DNA from: Candidatus Freyarchaeum deiterrae
Lineage (GTDB): Archaea > Asgardarchaeota > Jordiarchaeia > Jordiarchaeales > Jordiarchaeaceae
Reading direction: 5' to 3'
Assembly (NCBI GenBank): GCA_037305845.1
Contig: CP147778.1
Location: 768,001 to 832,000 of the forward strand
DNA length: 64,000 bases
In this document: positions 38,640 through 47,696 of the stretch, piece by piece
How positions within the stretch are numbered: the first letter of the stretch is position 1
Layout: each line of letters begins with the position of its first letter
Notes under the pieces: generated by a model
Seen by the model: only the letters and a program-made list of their open reading frames with translations
Databases searched by the model: none
What the model was told of the DNA's origin: nothing
Position numbers and translations under genes: made by a program

Positions 38640-40031
38640 GTGCCTGATGCTATTCCGGTTAATATAGGTCTCATGGGCCACATTGACCACGGCAAAACAC
38701 AGGTAGCTAGAGTCTTAAGTGAAGTTGTTTCAACAGCAGGCCTGGATAAGCATCCGCAAGCTCAGGAGAGAGGAATCTCCATAGACCTAGGGTTCACATC
38801 CTTCCACTTAAACGGTTACCTGGTAACGCTGGTTGACGCCCCCGGCCACGCAGAACTCATCCGCAGTGTTGTGGCTGGAGCGAACATAATTGACGCCGCA
38901 ATACTGGTGATTGCAGCTGACGAAGGACCAAAAATTCAAACAGGCGAACACATTATTATCCTCCAGAGTTTCGGAATCTCAAAGGTAGTGGTGGCTTTGA
39001 ATAAGATGGATCTGGTATCCCAAAGCCAACTTGAGACTGTTAAGAATCAGGTTAAAAGTGTTCTTAAGGATACCATTCTGGAGGGGGCTCCCATAGTTCC
39101 AGTTTCCGCGGCTACCGGCGCAGGAATTGAGGATCTTAAAAGCGCTCTTTTGAGCATTCTGTCACCCCCAAAAAGGGAAATAGAAGGACCTTTCAAGATG
39201 CCTGTAGATCACGCTTTCCGCATCAAGGGAGCGGGAACAGTTATGACGGGAACAATTCATCGCGGTAGGGTTCATGTGGGCGATGAGATTGAGGTTATGC
39301 CCCTCAAACTGGCTGCAAAGGTGAGGTCAATACAAGTATTTAGGGAGTCGAGAGACGAAGCCCAAGCAGGGGATCGGGTAGGCATCGGTGTTACGGGACC
39401 GGAACCGGAGAGAATATATCGCGGGTGCTACGCTGGCACGCCTGGAACTTTGAAGGTAACCTACAAATTGATCGGAAGCATACAGATGAATAAATTGTTT
39501 AAATACTCTCTTCAAGCTGGTGTTAAAGTAAACTTAACAGTAGGGATGCCCACGGTCACTGCCACAGTGATTCCCTTCAAGAGATTCGAGGGAAAAAACC
39601 TTCTCACAGAAGAAGTGGAAAGTGGAGAAACCTTCGAAGCTCTTTTCAGACTTGATGAAAGCGTAGTTGCCGAAGAGAATACACCGTTACTGGTTTCACG
39701 TCTGGATTTGCCCCCCACAATCCTGAGAATCATGGGAAGTGGAAAAGTGACCGATACGGCTCCTGGTGGAATAGAATTCTTTACAGAAAAGACTAAGACG
39801 GGGAGGGTTAAAACGCCGGTTCACCCGAAGGGCAGCGTTATTGTTGGTTTGGCAGAAACAGGATATGGGGCAGAGAAACTATCAAACGAAACAGCAACCA
39901 CAGAAAACGGAACCCGGGGGAAAGTAGTTTCCGCTTTTGGAGGAAAGGGAGCGGTGATAGTTAAATTCGAAAAACCGGTTTCGGAGGGCGAAGCGGTTTT
40001 CATAAGAAAATATAAACCACGCAAAGTTTGA
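38640..40031 (+). CDS. selB: Selenocysteine-specific translation elongation factor (archaeal SelB/EFSec)
   Basis: GHIDHGKT, STAGLDKHPQAQERGISIDLGF, DAPGH, QTGEH, NKMD, DHAF.IKGAGTV; short domain IV with GKVVSAFGGKG. Confidence 0.95.
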   Translation: MPDAIPVNIGLMGHIDHGKTQVARVLSEVVSTAGLDKHPQAQERGISIDLGFTSFHLNGYLVTLVDAPGHAELIRSVVAGANIIDAAILVIAADEGPKIQTGEHIIILQSFGISKVVVALNKMDLVSQSQLETVKNQVKSVLKDTILEGAPIVPVSAATGAGIEDLKSALLSILSPPKREIEGPFKMPVDHAFRIKGAGTVMTGTIHRGRVHVGDEIEVMPLKLAAKVRSIQVFRESRDEAQAGDRVGIGVTGPEPERIYRGCYAGTPGTLKVTYKLIGSIQMNKLFKYSLQAGVKVNLTVGMPTVTATVIPFKRFEGKNLLTEEVESGETFEALFRLDESVVAEENTPLLVSRLDLPPTILRIMGSGKVTDTAPGGIEFFTEKTKTGRVKTPVHPKGSVIVGLAETGYGAEKLSNETATTENGTRGKVVSAFGGKGAVIVKFEKPVSEGEAVFIRKYKPRKV

Positions 40032-40068
40032 GGGAGGAATTAATACGAAGGAACTAATCAGAAAGTAC

Positions 40069-41370
40069 ATGAAAGGGTTAATACCCGAAAATATGCTTGA
40101 AAGAGGAATCATTGTTCTGGAATCCCAACTAGACCCACTACGCATATTATTCGAACAGAGGAAAATTCCGGAAGAGGGATGGAGCGACCCTCAAATAAAA
40201 TTTCTACTCACCGTATTGTCTATGATGGATACAGATAAGGACACCCAAGCCGCTAGGGTAGGTGAGAGAGAAGCTAGAGTAGCCTCACCTCTAGTTTCCG
40301 AACTTGCTGCTGATTTCTGTCATGGTATAGGACGGAGCGGCGAGATATCTGCAGCACAGCCCAAAGCGCCTGGGGCCTCAATAATGTACAACATAGTAAA
40401 TACGCTCGCTTCCGACTCCGTCAGGAAATTCGGAGCCCCGAACCTAAAGCATGCTTTACTGCTTCCTCTGCCCACGGGAATGTCAATCGGTCTCACAATA
40501 TCAGCCATGAGACAGATGAGAAAAGCTAAGGGAAAATATGTTGTTTATCCTCGGATTGATCACAAATCTCCCCTGAAGGCCATAGAGCTCATAGGCTTGG
40601 AGCCGAAAATCATCGAAGGTGAACTGGAGGGTGATGCTGTTATTGTACCCCCGGAAAGGGTTGAGGAGGCGATTGACGAGGAAACGGTTGCAATTCTGTC
40701 CACAACCACATTCTTCCCTCCTCGTGAACCGGACGATGTGAAAGAGATTGCTAAAATCGCACAAGAGCACGACATTCCGCACGTAATTAACAACGCATAC
40801 GGAGTGCAGAGCAGGGAGATAATGAAAAGGATAAAATCAGCAATAGACGCTGGACGCGTGGACGCCGTTGTTCAGAGCACAGACAAAAACTTTCTTACCC
40901 CGATAGGAGGAGCAATTGTCGCCTCACCAAAACAGGAAACCCTAGACGAGATAAGCGAGCAATACGCGGGAAGAGCCACCGCGGCGCCAGCAACACAGTT
41001 CCTAGCAGCGATACTAGCGTTGGGTATCAAAAACTATGAAAAGCTCAGAAATGAACAAGAAGAAAACAGAGGATACCTTGAAGAGAATCTCAAAAAAATC
41101 GCAGGAGAATACGGGGAAAGAGTCCTCAACGTGTACAACCCCATAGCCTGCGCAGTGTCGCTTTCCAAAAGAGACCCACAAAAAGTCGGAGGAGCACTGT
41201 ACAACCTGAGAGTAACCGGACCAAGAGCGCTGGGGCCCACAGACTACGGTTCCTGCTGCAAAAAGTACCCCACAGCTTATATAACAATGAACGCGGCGAT
41301 AGGATCAAGACGTGAGGATATAGAAAAAGCGGTTCAAAAACTAGAAGAAACTCTCAAACAGGTCAGGTAA
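40069..41370 (+). CDS. sepsecS: O-phosphoseryl-tRNA(Sec) selenium transferase (SepSecS)
   Basis: GEREAR, HGIGRSG...QPKAPG, PTGMS, DHKSP, INNAYG, QSTDKNF (PLP Lys), YAGRA. Confidence 0.95.
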   Translation: MKGLIPENMLERGIIVLESQLDPLRILFEQRKIPEEGWSDPQIKFLLTVLSMMDTDKDTQAARVGEREARVASPLVSELAADFCHGIGRSGEISAAQPKAPGASIMYNIVNTLASDSVRKFGAPNLKHALLLPLPTGMSIGLTISAMRQMRKAKGKYVVYPRIDHKSPLKAIELIGLEPKIIEGELEGDAVIVPPERVEEAIDEETVAILSTTTFFPPREPDDVKEIAKIAQEHDIPHVINNAYGVQSREIMKRIKSAIDAGRVDAVVQSTDKNFLTPIGGAIVASPKQETLDEISEQYAGRATAAPATQFLAAILALGIKNYEKLRNEQEENRGYLEENLKKIAGEYGERVLNVYNPIACAVSLSKRDPQKVGGALYNLRVTGPRALGPTDYGSCCKKYPTAYITMNAAIGSRREDIEKAVQKLEETLKQVR

Positions 41371-41527
41371 TTCTTATATTTAACTGAAAATTAATGGGGA
41401 AATTTGCTGAACTTCCTAGAATTCTAGGACTTCCGTTCTTACTGCTCATTCGTTTTTCCAGCTCTTTTGGCTACAGTTTCGAAAAGGTTAAAATTTTGTG
41501 TTATTTATATTATAATTATTTATAATT

Positions 41528-42208
41528 TTGTTGAAGGGAGAGCATATGTTGCCTGCAAATGTTGACGAGTTAGTTAAGGGTTTGAGAGAAGCCTCGCGTG
41601 TTGTGAAGGCTGACGGAAAGCCTTTGGATCTTTTCAGGGTAGCGTATCACGCTGCTACTTCCTTAAGGTCTTATTGTGTGGATTTCTCTGAGAAGGGTGG
41701 TGAAGGTTCTTCCTACAGCGCCGGGGCTAGGCTTTACTCATCCGATGGTGGAGAGAAGGTTGTGAAGCAGATAAGAGTTGGAAGTGATGTCAAAGGAATA
41801 GAGCTGAAACTTTGGAGCCTAAGCAAAGAAAAATCAGACGCGAAAATCGAAGAAACCGCCAAAAAAATTCAGCAAATCCTATCCAGTGTAGGTAAACTAT
41901 CTGGTGAGAGTCTTCAGAACTTTTACAACGCCATGGTAATCGAAAGAAAGTTGGATATCTCATTAAACAAGCTTTTAACTGGTGCGACGAGTCAGCAGGT
42001 CTATTTCGATGTTGCTGACGCTAGGGAAAGAATTATTCTCTTAATGGGGCGTTTCGACCCCAGCATCATACAGATGGAAAGCGCGTTAGAAGAACTCAAG
42101 AAACTGGGTAAAGACGACCCGATCAAAAAAGAAATTGGTGAAAAAATAGCCTTATCGATTCTCAAGTGGAAAAAAGGAATTGATGAATACATTTCCCAAT
42201 TGAAGTAA
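41528..42208 (+). CDS. Hypothetical protein within the Sec locus
   Basis: 226-aa ORF with TATA-like upstream sequence; no recognisable motif. Confidence 0.7.
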   Translation: MLKGEHMLPANVDELVKGLREASRVVKADGKPLDLFRVAYHAATSLRSYCVDFSEKGGEGSSYSAGARLYSSDGGEKVVKQIRVGSDVKGIELKLWSLSKEKSDAKIEETAKKIQQILSSVGKLSGESLQNFYNAMVIERKLDISLNKLLTGATSQQVYFDVADARERIILLMGRFDPSIIQMESALEELKKLGKDDPIKKEIGEKIALSILKWKKGIDEYISQLK

Positions 42209-42383
42209 AAAGGAGAATTTCTTATCCATTTATTTTCTACAAAAATTCTATTTTCATTATACTTCTTGCATCAAACCCTAACAGGCTATAAGTAGCTTGC
42301 CGATTTTCTATTTTTTGTTTTTCTGTTTAATTAAGTGGTTAAAAAGAGGTTGTGGTTCAACTTTTTTCCAGTTGTAGGTTTAT

Positions 42384-42536
42384 TGGCGGCGGACTGGGGG
42401 ATTTTCGCACTCTTACAGGTACTGGAGGAGTGCATCGAACCCCGAACCCTTACCGGGTTCCACGGATTTGAAGTCCGGGGCAAGGGATTGGGCGAGGCCT
42501 CGATTTTAGGCATCTCCACCCCTGCTACAGTCCGCC
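42384..42536 (-). tRNA. selC: tRNA-Sec (anticodon UCA) with two introns (D-loop 42488-42515; T-loop 42402-42433)
   Basis: 9-bp acceptor GGCGGACTG/CAGTCCGCC + G73 + encoded CCA; 7-bp D-stem; anticodon loop CT-TCA-AA (42469-42471); long variable arm; 4-bp T-stem; removing both introns gives a 93-nt 9/4 tRNA-Sec with UGGU D-loop and UUCGAUU T-loop. Confidence 0.93.
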
Positions 42537-42555
42537 AATCATGGTTTTTGTGTTG

Positions 42556-42565
42556 TTTATAAAAA
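42556..42565 (-). promoter_or_regulatory. TATA box of tRNA-Sec
   Basis: TTTTTATAAA about 20-30 nt upstream of the tRNA 5' end. Confidence 0.6.
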
Positions 42566-42672
42566 GTCGGGTTGGGTTATTTTGTTTTTCGCTGATATAA
42601 TTATTGTTTTCGTGACCGACATCTTATTATAGCGAGTTCTGGTTTTTTCTGTAAGTACCTTTTGGATAACTG

Positions 42673-43668
42673 GTGGAGTGTGTTTTTTTGAGTCTTAAAA
42701 GTTTGGCTGAGTCTATTAAGAACTTTGATGGTGTTGTCAGAAAAAAGCCCATTATTGAGGTTACTCGTCCTCTGAGTCAAACTCTTGATTTTGCCAAGAT
42801 TGGCGTGGTAAAGTCGTTTGGTGAGGATTCCGCGGTTCTTGATTTGGGTGGTGAGGATTACCTCTTGGCTGCTACTGATGGAATCTGGCATAAGCTTTTA
42901 CTGGCGGCGCCGGAGTTTGCGGGTTACTGTTCTGTTCTGGTTAATGTGAATGATGTGGTGGTTAAGGGTGGAGAACCCATAGCGCTATTGGATACACTAA
43001 GCATCGAGGATATGGATATTGGTCAGAAAATTGTGGACGGTATTCTCTTGGGCTGCAAAAATTTCAGAGTTCCCGTGGTGGGAGGGCATCTTCACCCCTC
43101 CTCGCCCACTTATTCGCTTTCCGTAACAGTTTTGGGCCGTGCACCAAAGGATGCAGTTATTTACAGCGACACTGCGAAGCCCGGTGATGCCGTGATTGCC
43201 GCTGTGGATTTAGATGGCAGGGTGCATGAGGGATTTAACTATGCGTGGGACAGCACCTCGTGGAAAAGTCCAGAGTACGTTGAACAAAAGTTAAATACTA
43301 TGAAAGAGATTGCCAAGAAGCACTTGGCTACTGCAGCGAAGGATATCAGCAATCCGGGAGTCATCGGAACATTAGGCATGCTTCTTGAGGCCAGTCAGGT
43401 GGGTGGCAGAGTAGATGTTTCAAGTATACCAAAACCTTTGGATATGGATTTAGAAAAATGGGTTAAAATGTATCCAGGATTCGGAGTTATTATGACTTCC
43501 AAACCGAGTACGGCGTCAAGATGCCTCAAAATATTTCGAGGTGCAGACGTTTCGGCGGAAATAATAGGCGAAGTTGACGACTCGAAAAAGCTTTTAATTA
43601 CCGATGAGAGTGAGGTTTGTGAGGTTTTTAATTTCAAGCAGGATAGATTATCTGGAAAAATTTGGTGA
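42673..43668 (+). CDS. PurM/AIR-synthase-like protein (methanogenesis marker protein 2 type)
   Basis: F.GV.RKKPI, FGEDSAV, DGIW, AGYCSVLVNVND, GGHLHP, WDSTS, KDISNPG. Confidence 0.85.
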   Translation: MECVFLSLKSLAESIKNFDGVVRKKPIIEVTRPLSQTLDFAKIGVVKSFGEDSAVLDLGGEDYLLAATDGIWHKLLLAAPEFAGYCSVLVNVNDVVVKGGEPIALLDTLSIEDMDIGQKIVDGILLGCKNFRVPVVGGHLHPSSPTYSLSVTVLGRAPKDAVIYSDTAKPGDAVIAAVDLDGRVHEGFNYAWDSTSWKSPEYVEQKLNTMKEIAKKHLATAAKDISNPGVIGTLGMLLEASQVGGRVDVSSIPKPLDMDLEKWVKMYPGFGVIMTSKPSTASRCLKIFRGADVSAEIIGEVDDSKKLLITDESEVCEVFNFKQDRLSGKIW

Positions 43669-43753
43669 ACAAAAAAAATAGAAAAGAATATCGTTAAATA
43701 CTTCACCGTTCAAATTGTTCAATTTAATGACTGATTATTCGGGGAAATACGCG

Positions 43754-44131
43754 ATGTCGAAGAAAAAAAAGGGTAAAGTAACACTGAAGAAGAAAGACAA
43801 AGTAACACCGAAGAAGAAAGCTGAAATAAAGCCGAAAAAGAAAGAGAAGGTAAAGCCGAAGAAGAAAGAGGAGTTAGCACCTAGGAAGAAAGAGGTGTTG
43901 GTGCAGCAGAAGAAGGCAGTTGAATTAAAATGTAGTGTAGTGTCATGCGGAGAAAAGGCGAAACGTTCCTTCTCATCAAAAAGTGTTGAGGGTGTGATAA
44001 AGAAAGCAGGTCTTAAAATAGAGGGGAATCCTACAAGGATTCAGCTCTGTGACAAGCATTACAGAGCAATTAAAAAGGAGCTAAAAAGAGAGAAAAAGAC
44101 AGAGAAAATGAGGCAGGGTCTTCCCTTCTAA
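43754..44131 (+). CDS. Small basic protein: Lys-rich 8-aa repeats plus CxxxxC...LCxxHY Zn-binding module
   Basis: Seven KKKxxxxP-like units, then CSVVSC...LCDKHY. Confidence 0.75.
   Translation: MSKKKKGKVTLKKKDKVTPKKKAEIKPKKKEKVKPKKKEELAPRKKEVLVQQKKAVELKCSVVSCGEKAKRSFSSKSVEGVIKKAGLKIEGNPTRIQLCDKHYRAIKKELKREKKTEKMRQGLPF
43763..43930 (+). repeat. Degenerate 24-nt coding tandem repeat (7 units)
   Basis: KKKGKVTL KKKDKVTP KKKAEIKP KKKEKVKP KKKEELAP RKKEVLVQ QKKAVELK. Confidence 0.8.
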
Positions 44132-44144
44132 GTTCTACCTATTT

Positions 44145-45707
44145 TTATTCCCATTCTATTGTTGAGGGTGGCTTGTTTGTGATATCGTAGACTACCCTAT
44201 TTATTCCCTTAACCTCGTTTACTATTCTGGAAGCAATTCTTTCTAGTATGTTCCAGTCGAGTTTTGCAAAGTTTGCGGTCATGGCATCCTCGCTTTCCAC
44301 TGCTCTTATGGCTACGACGTTTTCATAGGTTCTCTCGTCCCCCATTACCCCGACGGTTTTTACAGGTAGTAGAACAGCAAAAGATTGCCAGAGTTTGTTT
44401 CGGTAATCGGATTTTTGGATTTCTTCCTGTATAATGACGTCAGCCTTGCGGAGAATGCTGAGCTTCTCTTTGGTGACCTCGCCAATTATTCTGATGGCTA
44501 AGCTTGGACCCGGGAAAGGCTGTCTCCAAATCACTTCGTCGCTCAGTCCTAGCATTTTGCCTACCTTTCTTACCTCATCCTTGTAAAGTGACGCTAATGG
44601 TTCAACTAGTTTTAGAGTCATGCCCTCGGGAAGAACCACATTGTGGTGGGACTTGATCCTCGAAGCGGATTTGCTGGTTGCAGCTGACTCAACCCTATCT
44701 GGATAAATTGTTCCCTGGCCCAGATACTCGAATTTTCCATAGGTGTTCTCAAGCTCCCTCGCCTTCGCCTCAAAAGTCCTTATAAAAGCGTCGGAAATGA
44801 TTCTTCTTTTCTTTTCAGGATCCGTCACGTCCTCAAGTCTACTGAGAAAGGTTCCACTAGCATCAACGAAGTGAACGGTCTCCAATTGGAGGCGTTTAAA
44901 TCGTTGGATAACCTCCTTAGCTTCGTTTTCTCTCAGCAATCCGTTATCAACAAATACACATTGGAGATTTTTTCCAATCGCCCGGTGGAGCAGAACCGCT
45001 GCGACCGTGGAGTCGACTCCTCCGCTCACAGCCATTATTACCTTAGCCCCGCCCACGGTTTTCTTTATGTTCCGGATTGTTTCTTCTATCCAGTCCTCCA
45101 TCCTCCAAGTTGCTTCGCATCCACATATTCTCTTTACAAAGTTTTCCAGAATCTTGTTACCCTTTTCCGTGTGGCGTACCTCTATATGAAATTGAACGCC
45201 GTATATTTTATCCGGCACATTTCGGTAAGCTGCTATGGGGCAACCATCGGTGTGTCCTATTCTTTCAAACCCTGGTGGAAGATCTAACACCTGATCCCCG
45301 TGACTCATCCAGACTATCTCGGTATCTTCTAGACCCTGGAAGAGGTCTTCTTTATTATCAACGTTAAGTACTGTTTTTCCAAACTCTCTCATGTCCAATT
45401 TTTTAACGCTACCGCCAAGAACATATGCTATCAGCTGATGGCCGTAGCATATGCCCAGAATCGGGAATCCCTTTTCCCCACACCAGGTGAAAAATTCTTT
45501 GGAAACAAGAGGACTGTTCTCATCGTACACACTGCTAGGTCCACCGGAAAAAATGATGCCTTTTATGTCAGGAATTTTTTCCAATTCCTCTAGTGAGATG
45601 TCATAGTTGCGGATCTCTGAATATACTCCGAGTTCACGTACTCTCCTCGAAATGAGATGAGTATACTGTCCGCCAAAATCCAATACAATTATGATTTCTC
45701 TATTCAA
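44145..45707 (-). CDS. guaA: GMP synthase (fused glutaminase + ATPPase)
   Basis: LDFGGQY, GICYGHQ, SGGVDS, IKSHHNV, RQPFPGP, KPPSTIEWE. Confidence 0.97.
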   Translation of the reverse strand: MNREIIIVLDFGGQYTHLISRRVRELGVYSEIRNYDISLEELEKIPDIKGIIFSGGPSSVYDENSPLVSKEFFTWCGEKGFPILGICYGHQLIAYVLGGSVKKLDMREFGKTVLNVDNKEDLFQGLEDTEIVWMSHGDQVLDLPPGFERIGHTDGCPIAAYRNVPDKIYGVQFHIEVRHTEKGNKILENFVKRICGCEATWRMEDWIEETIRNIKKTVGGAKVIMAVSGGVDSTVAAVLLHRAIGKNLQCVFVDNGLLRENEAKEVIQRFKRLQLETVHFVDASGTFLSRLEDVTDPEKKRRIISDAFIRTFEAKARELENTYGKFEYLGQGTIYPDRVESAATSKSASRIKSHHNVVLPEGMTLKLVEPLASLYKDEVRKVGKMLGLSDEVIWRQPFPGPSLAIRIIGEVTKEKLSILRKADVIIQEEIQKSDYRNKLWQSFAVLLPVKTVGVMGDERTYENVVAIRAVESEDAMTANFAKLDWNILERIASRIVNEVKGINRVVYDITNKPPSTIEWE

Positions 45708-45867
45708 TGTGAAGCCCCGCTTCCAAAGTAAAGTAAGAACTCAGATTTTGTTACTCTCTAATACGCTGAGACATTTTTAATTCTAGCGGGTGAAAAAGAT
45801 ATTTTTATATTGCACCAGTAATCGATGAATATCAAAGAGTCAAAAGAAATAGGAGGAAAGAATTTCC

Positions 45868-46389
45868 TTGGATGTTTTTGAGGCTATTAACAGGAGGAGA
45901 AGCACTAGACGTTACAAGTCTGAGAATGTTTCTGAAGAGCAGGTCAAAAAACTTCTAGAAGCGGCGATTATGGCACCCTCAGGAGGAAACCTGCAATCCT
46001 GGGACTTCATAGTCGTTAGGGACGAGGAGCAAAAGAAAGCCTTAGCTAGGGCTGCGTTAGGGCAAATGTTCGTTGCCACTGCTCCTGTTATCATTGTGGT
46101 GTGTGTAAATAAACCTCGAACAGCTAAAATATACGGGGATAGAGGTGTAGCACTCTACAGTCTACAGGATACAGCTGCAGCTGCTGAGAATATACTACTG
46201 GCTGCGACAGATATGGGGCTAGCAGGATGCTGGGTTGGGGCTTTCAATGATGACGCAGTTTCTAGTGTTTTGGGGCTTCCTAATTATGTAAGACCCGTTG
46301 CTATACTACCTATCGGCGTCGCCGGCGAATCCCCTCGGCCGCCACCACGCGCGCCGCTGAGTAAGGTTACTCATTACGACAAATGGTAA
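45868..46389 (+). CDS. Nitroreductase family protein
   Basis: RRSTRRY, APSGGNLQSW, GLAGCWVGAF. Confidence 0.92.
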   Translation: MDVFEAINRRRSTRRYKSENVSEEQVKKLLEAAIMAPSGGNLQSWDFIVVRDEEQKKALARAALGQMFVATAPVIIVVCVNKPRTAKIYGDRGVALYSLQDTAAAAENILLAATDMGLAGCWVGAFNDDAVSSVLGLPNYVRPVAILPIGVAGESPRPPPRAPLSKVTHYDKW

Positions 46390-46426
46390 GCCCGCCTCAC
46401 TACTTACTGAACGATAGAAAGGTATT

Positions 46427-46819
46427 CTACCTTAACATTCCATATTCTTTTAGAAAGTTTTTGTCTGAAACAGACAGATTGTTTCCAAGGAATTTTGTCC
46501 CCTCAACTGTGAGCTCGATTCTCACATATTTCTCCTCTGCTGAAAATATTTTAACAAAGCTTCTCTCCTTCAACTTTTTTAGAGAGGATAAAACCAGTTG
46601 TTCAAACTGAGCTTCGTTAAGAGTAGCTTCCCCATCAGGCTTTTGAAAGTCTGGAATCCGCCTTAAAGCCTTTTGGAGAGAGATTAAAGTGCGTTTTCCA
46701 GAATCTGATGGATTGGAGTAAAGCCAAAGAAGTATCAACCAATCTACAAAAGATAGATTGGGGTCAACGCTGACTAGTTTACGAGCGATAATACTAATGG
46801 ACGGCATCGATATACCCAC
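46427..46819 (-). CDS. Hypothetical winged-helix-like protein
   Basis: LILLWLY...SLKKLKERSFVK...IELT.EG pattern. Confidence 0.55.
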   Translation of the reverse strand: MGISMPSISIIARKLVSVDPNLSFVDWLILLWLYSNPSDSGKRTLISLQKALRRIPDFQKPDGEATLNEAQFEQLVLSSLKKLKERSFVKIFSAEEKYVRIELTVEGTKFLGNNLSVSDKNFLKEYGMLR

Positions 46820-46946
46820 AAAAAATATAAAAAAACCCGCAATAAACCTTTTGGTTAATTAATAAATAGAGGTAATACGCAGGTAGCAAAAAAATTTAAA
46901 TCTAGATTTTTCATAGTCTTTTTTTGCATAATAGGGGTTAATACAC

Positions 46947-47387
46947 TTGAGTGAAACAACCAGTTTAGACAATTTAACCAAGCTAGTGGAACTAAACTTG
47001 GGCCGATGGAAGCCTGAGGCAGTAGTTATCATCGACGTAAATCATAAAATGTGGAGTGGGAATGAAAGCGTTTCAAGAGATCTTCTCGACTACTACTACA
47101 AGTTCCCTCTATCAGAAATGCACGCAGGAGACAGCATTAGCAACAGCAAATCATTCTTCATGAAGGTCACCGAGAAAACCGGAGTAATAGTTGTTATGGA
47201 AGACCCCCACTTAGCCCGACTCGCAGCAATAAACCTCAACGGACGACTCAACGCCCTATCAGACTTCTACACACTAGAAAAAGTCATAGATGATAAAAAT
47301 AGACCAAAATCAGTGAAAAGAGCAAAAAATCCAAATTCGAAGAAACACAAAAAGCCAAGTAACAAGAAGAAGAGTTACAGTGAATAA
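46947..47387 (+). CDS. Small profilin/roadblock-fold-like protein, paralog 2 (basic tail)
   Basis: Paralog of 31683-32075 and 48758-49168. Confidence 0.75.
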   Translation: MSETTSLDNLTKLVELNLGRWKPEAVVIIDVNHKMWSGNESVSRDLLDYYYKFPLSEMHAGDSISNSKSFFMKVTEKTGVIVVMEDPHLARLAAINLNGRLNALSDFYTLEKVIDDKNRPKSVKRAKNPNSKKHKKPSNKKKSYSE

Positions 47388-47556
47388 GGGTTATGGCACT
47401 TGTTTTTAGACCTTTACGCTTCAAATGGGGCTTAAATTTATCCTGACTATTTTTGGGCAGTGTTTTTATGGAAGTTTTCCATTAAGATTAATAATCTAAA
47501 AAGAATTTTCAAGCTAAAGTTTCTAATTTTCAACTATCAATAGAATTTATCGATAG

Positions 47557-47580
47557 AAAAAGATATATATAAAATATAAA
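47557..47580 (+). promoter_or_regulatory. Shared double-TATA promoter motif, copy 2
   Basis: AAAAAGATATATATAAAATATAAA. Confidence 0.6.
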
Positions 47581-47600
47581 CATTGTCTCTAACTAACGAC

Positions 47601-47696
47601 ATGTGTGAGGATATCCTCAAGAGAGAAGAATCAAGAGAGTGGATAAAAAAATCCATACGTAATGAACTTCGAAAAAGAGAAAGGGGTGCGTGTTAG
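47601..47696 (+). pseudogene. Internally deleted remnant of a fourth paralog (31-aa mini-ORF)
   Basis: 3' part aligns at DNA level to the tail of 48758-49168 and overlaps the 7TM start codon the same way (GTGTTAG vs GTGGTAG). Confidence 0.65.

Noticed and set aside
42331-42562. 62-aa and 75-aa ORFs
   Set aside because: They overlap the tRNA-Sec gene
42673-43668. Calling this gene selD
   Set aside because: No N-terminal Cys/Sec-x-x-Lys motif and no upstream in-frame UGA extension of that kind; motifs fit marker protein 2
33871-43668. C-terminal Sec read-through at the TGA stops of pstK, NTase B, selB and marker 2
   Set aside because: Proteins are full length at these stops, with no redox-motif context or SECIS-like hairpin noticed
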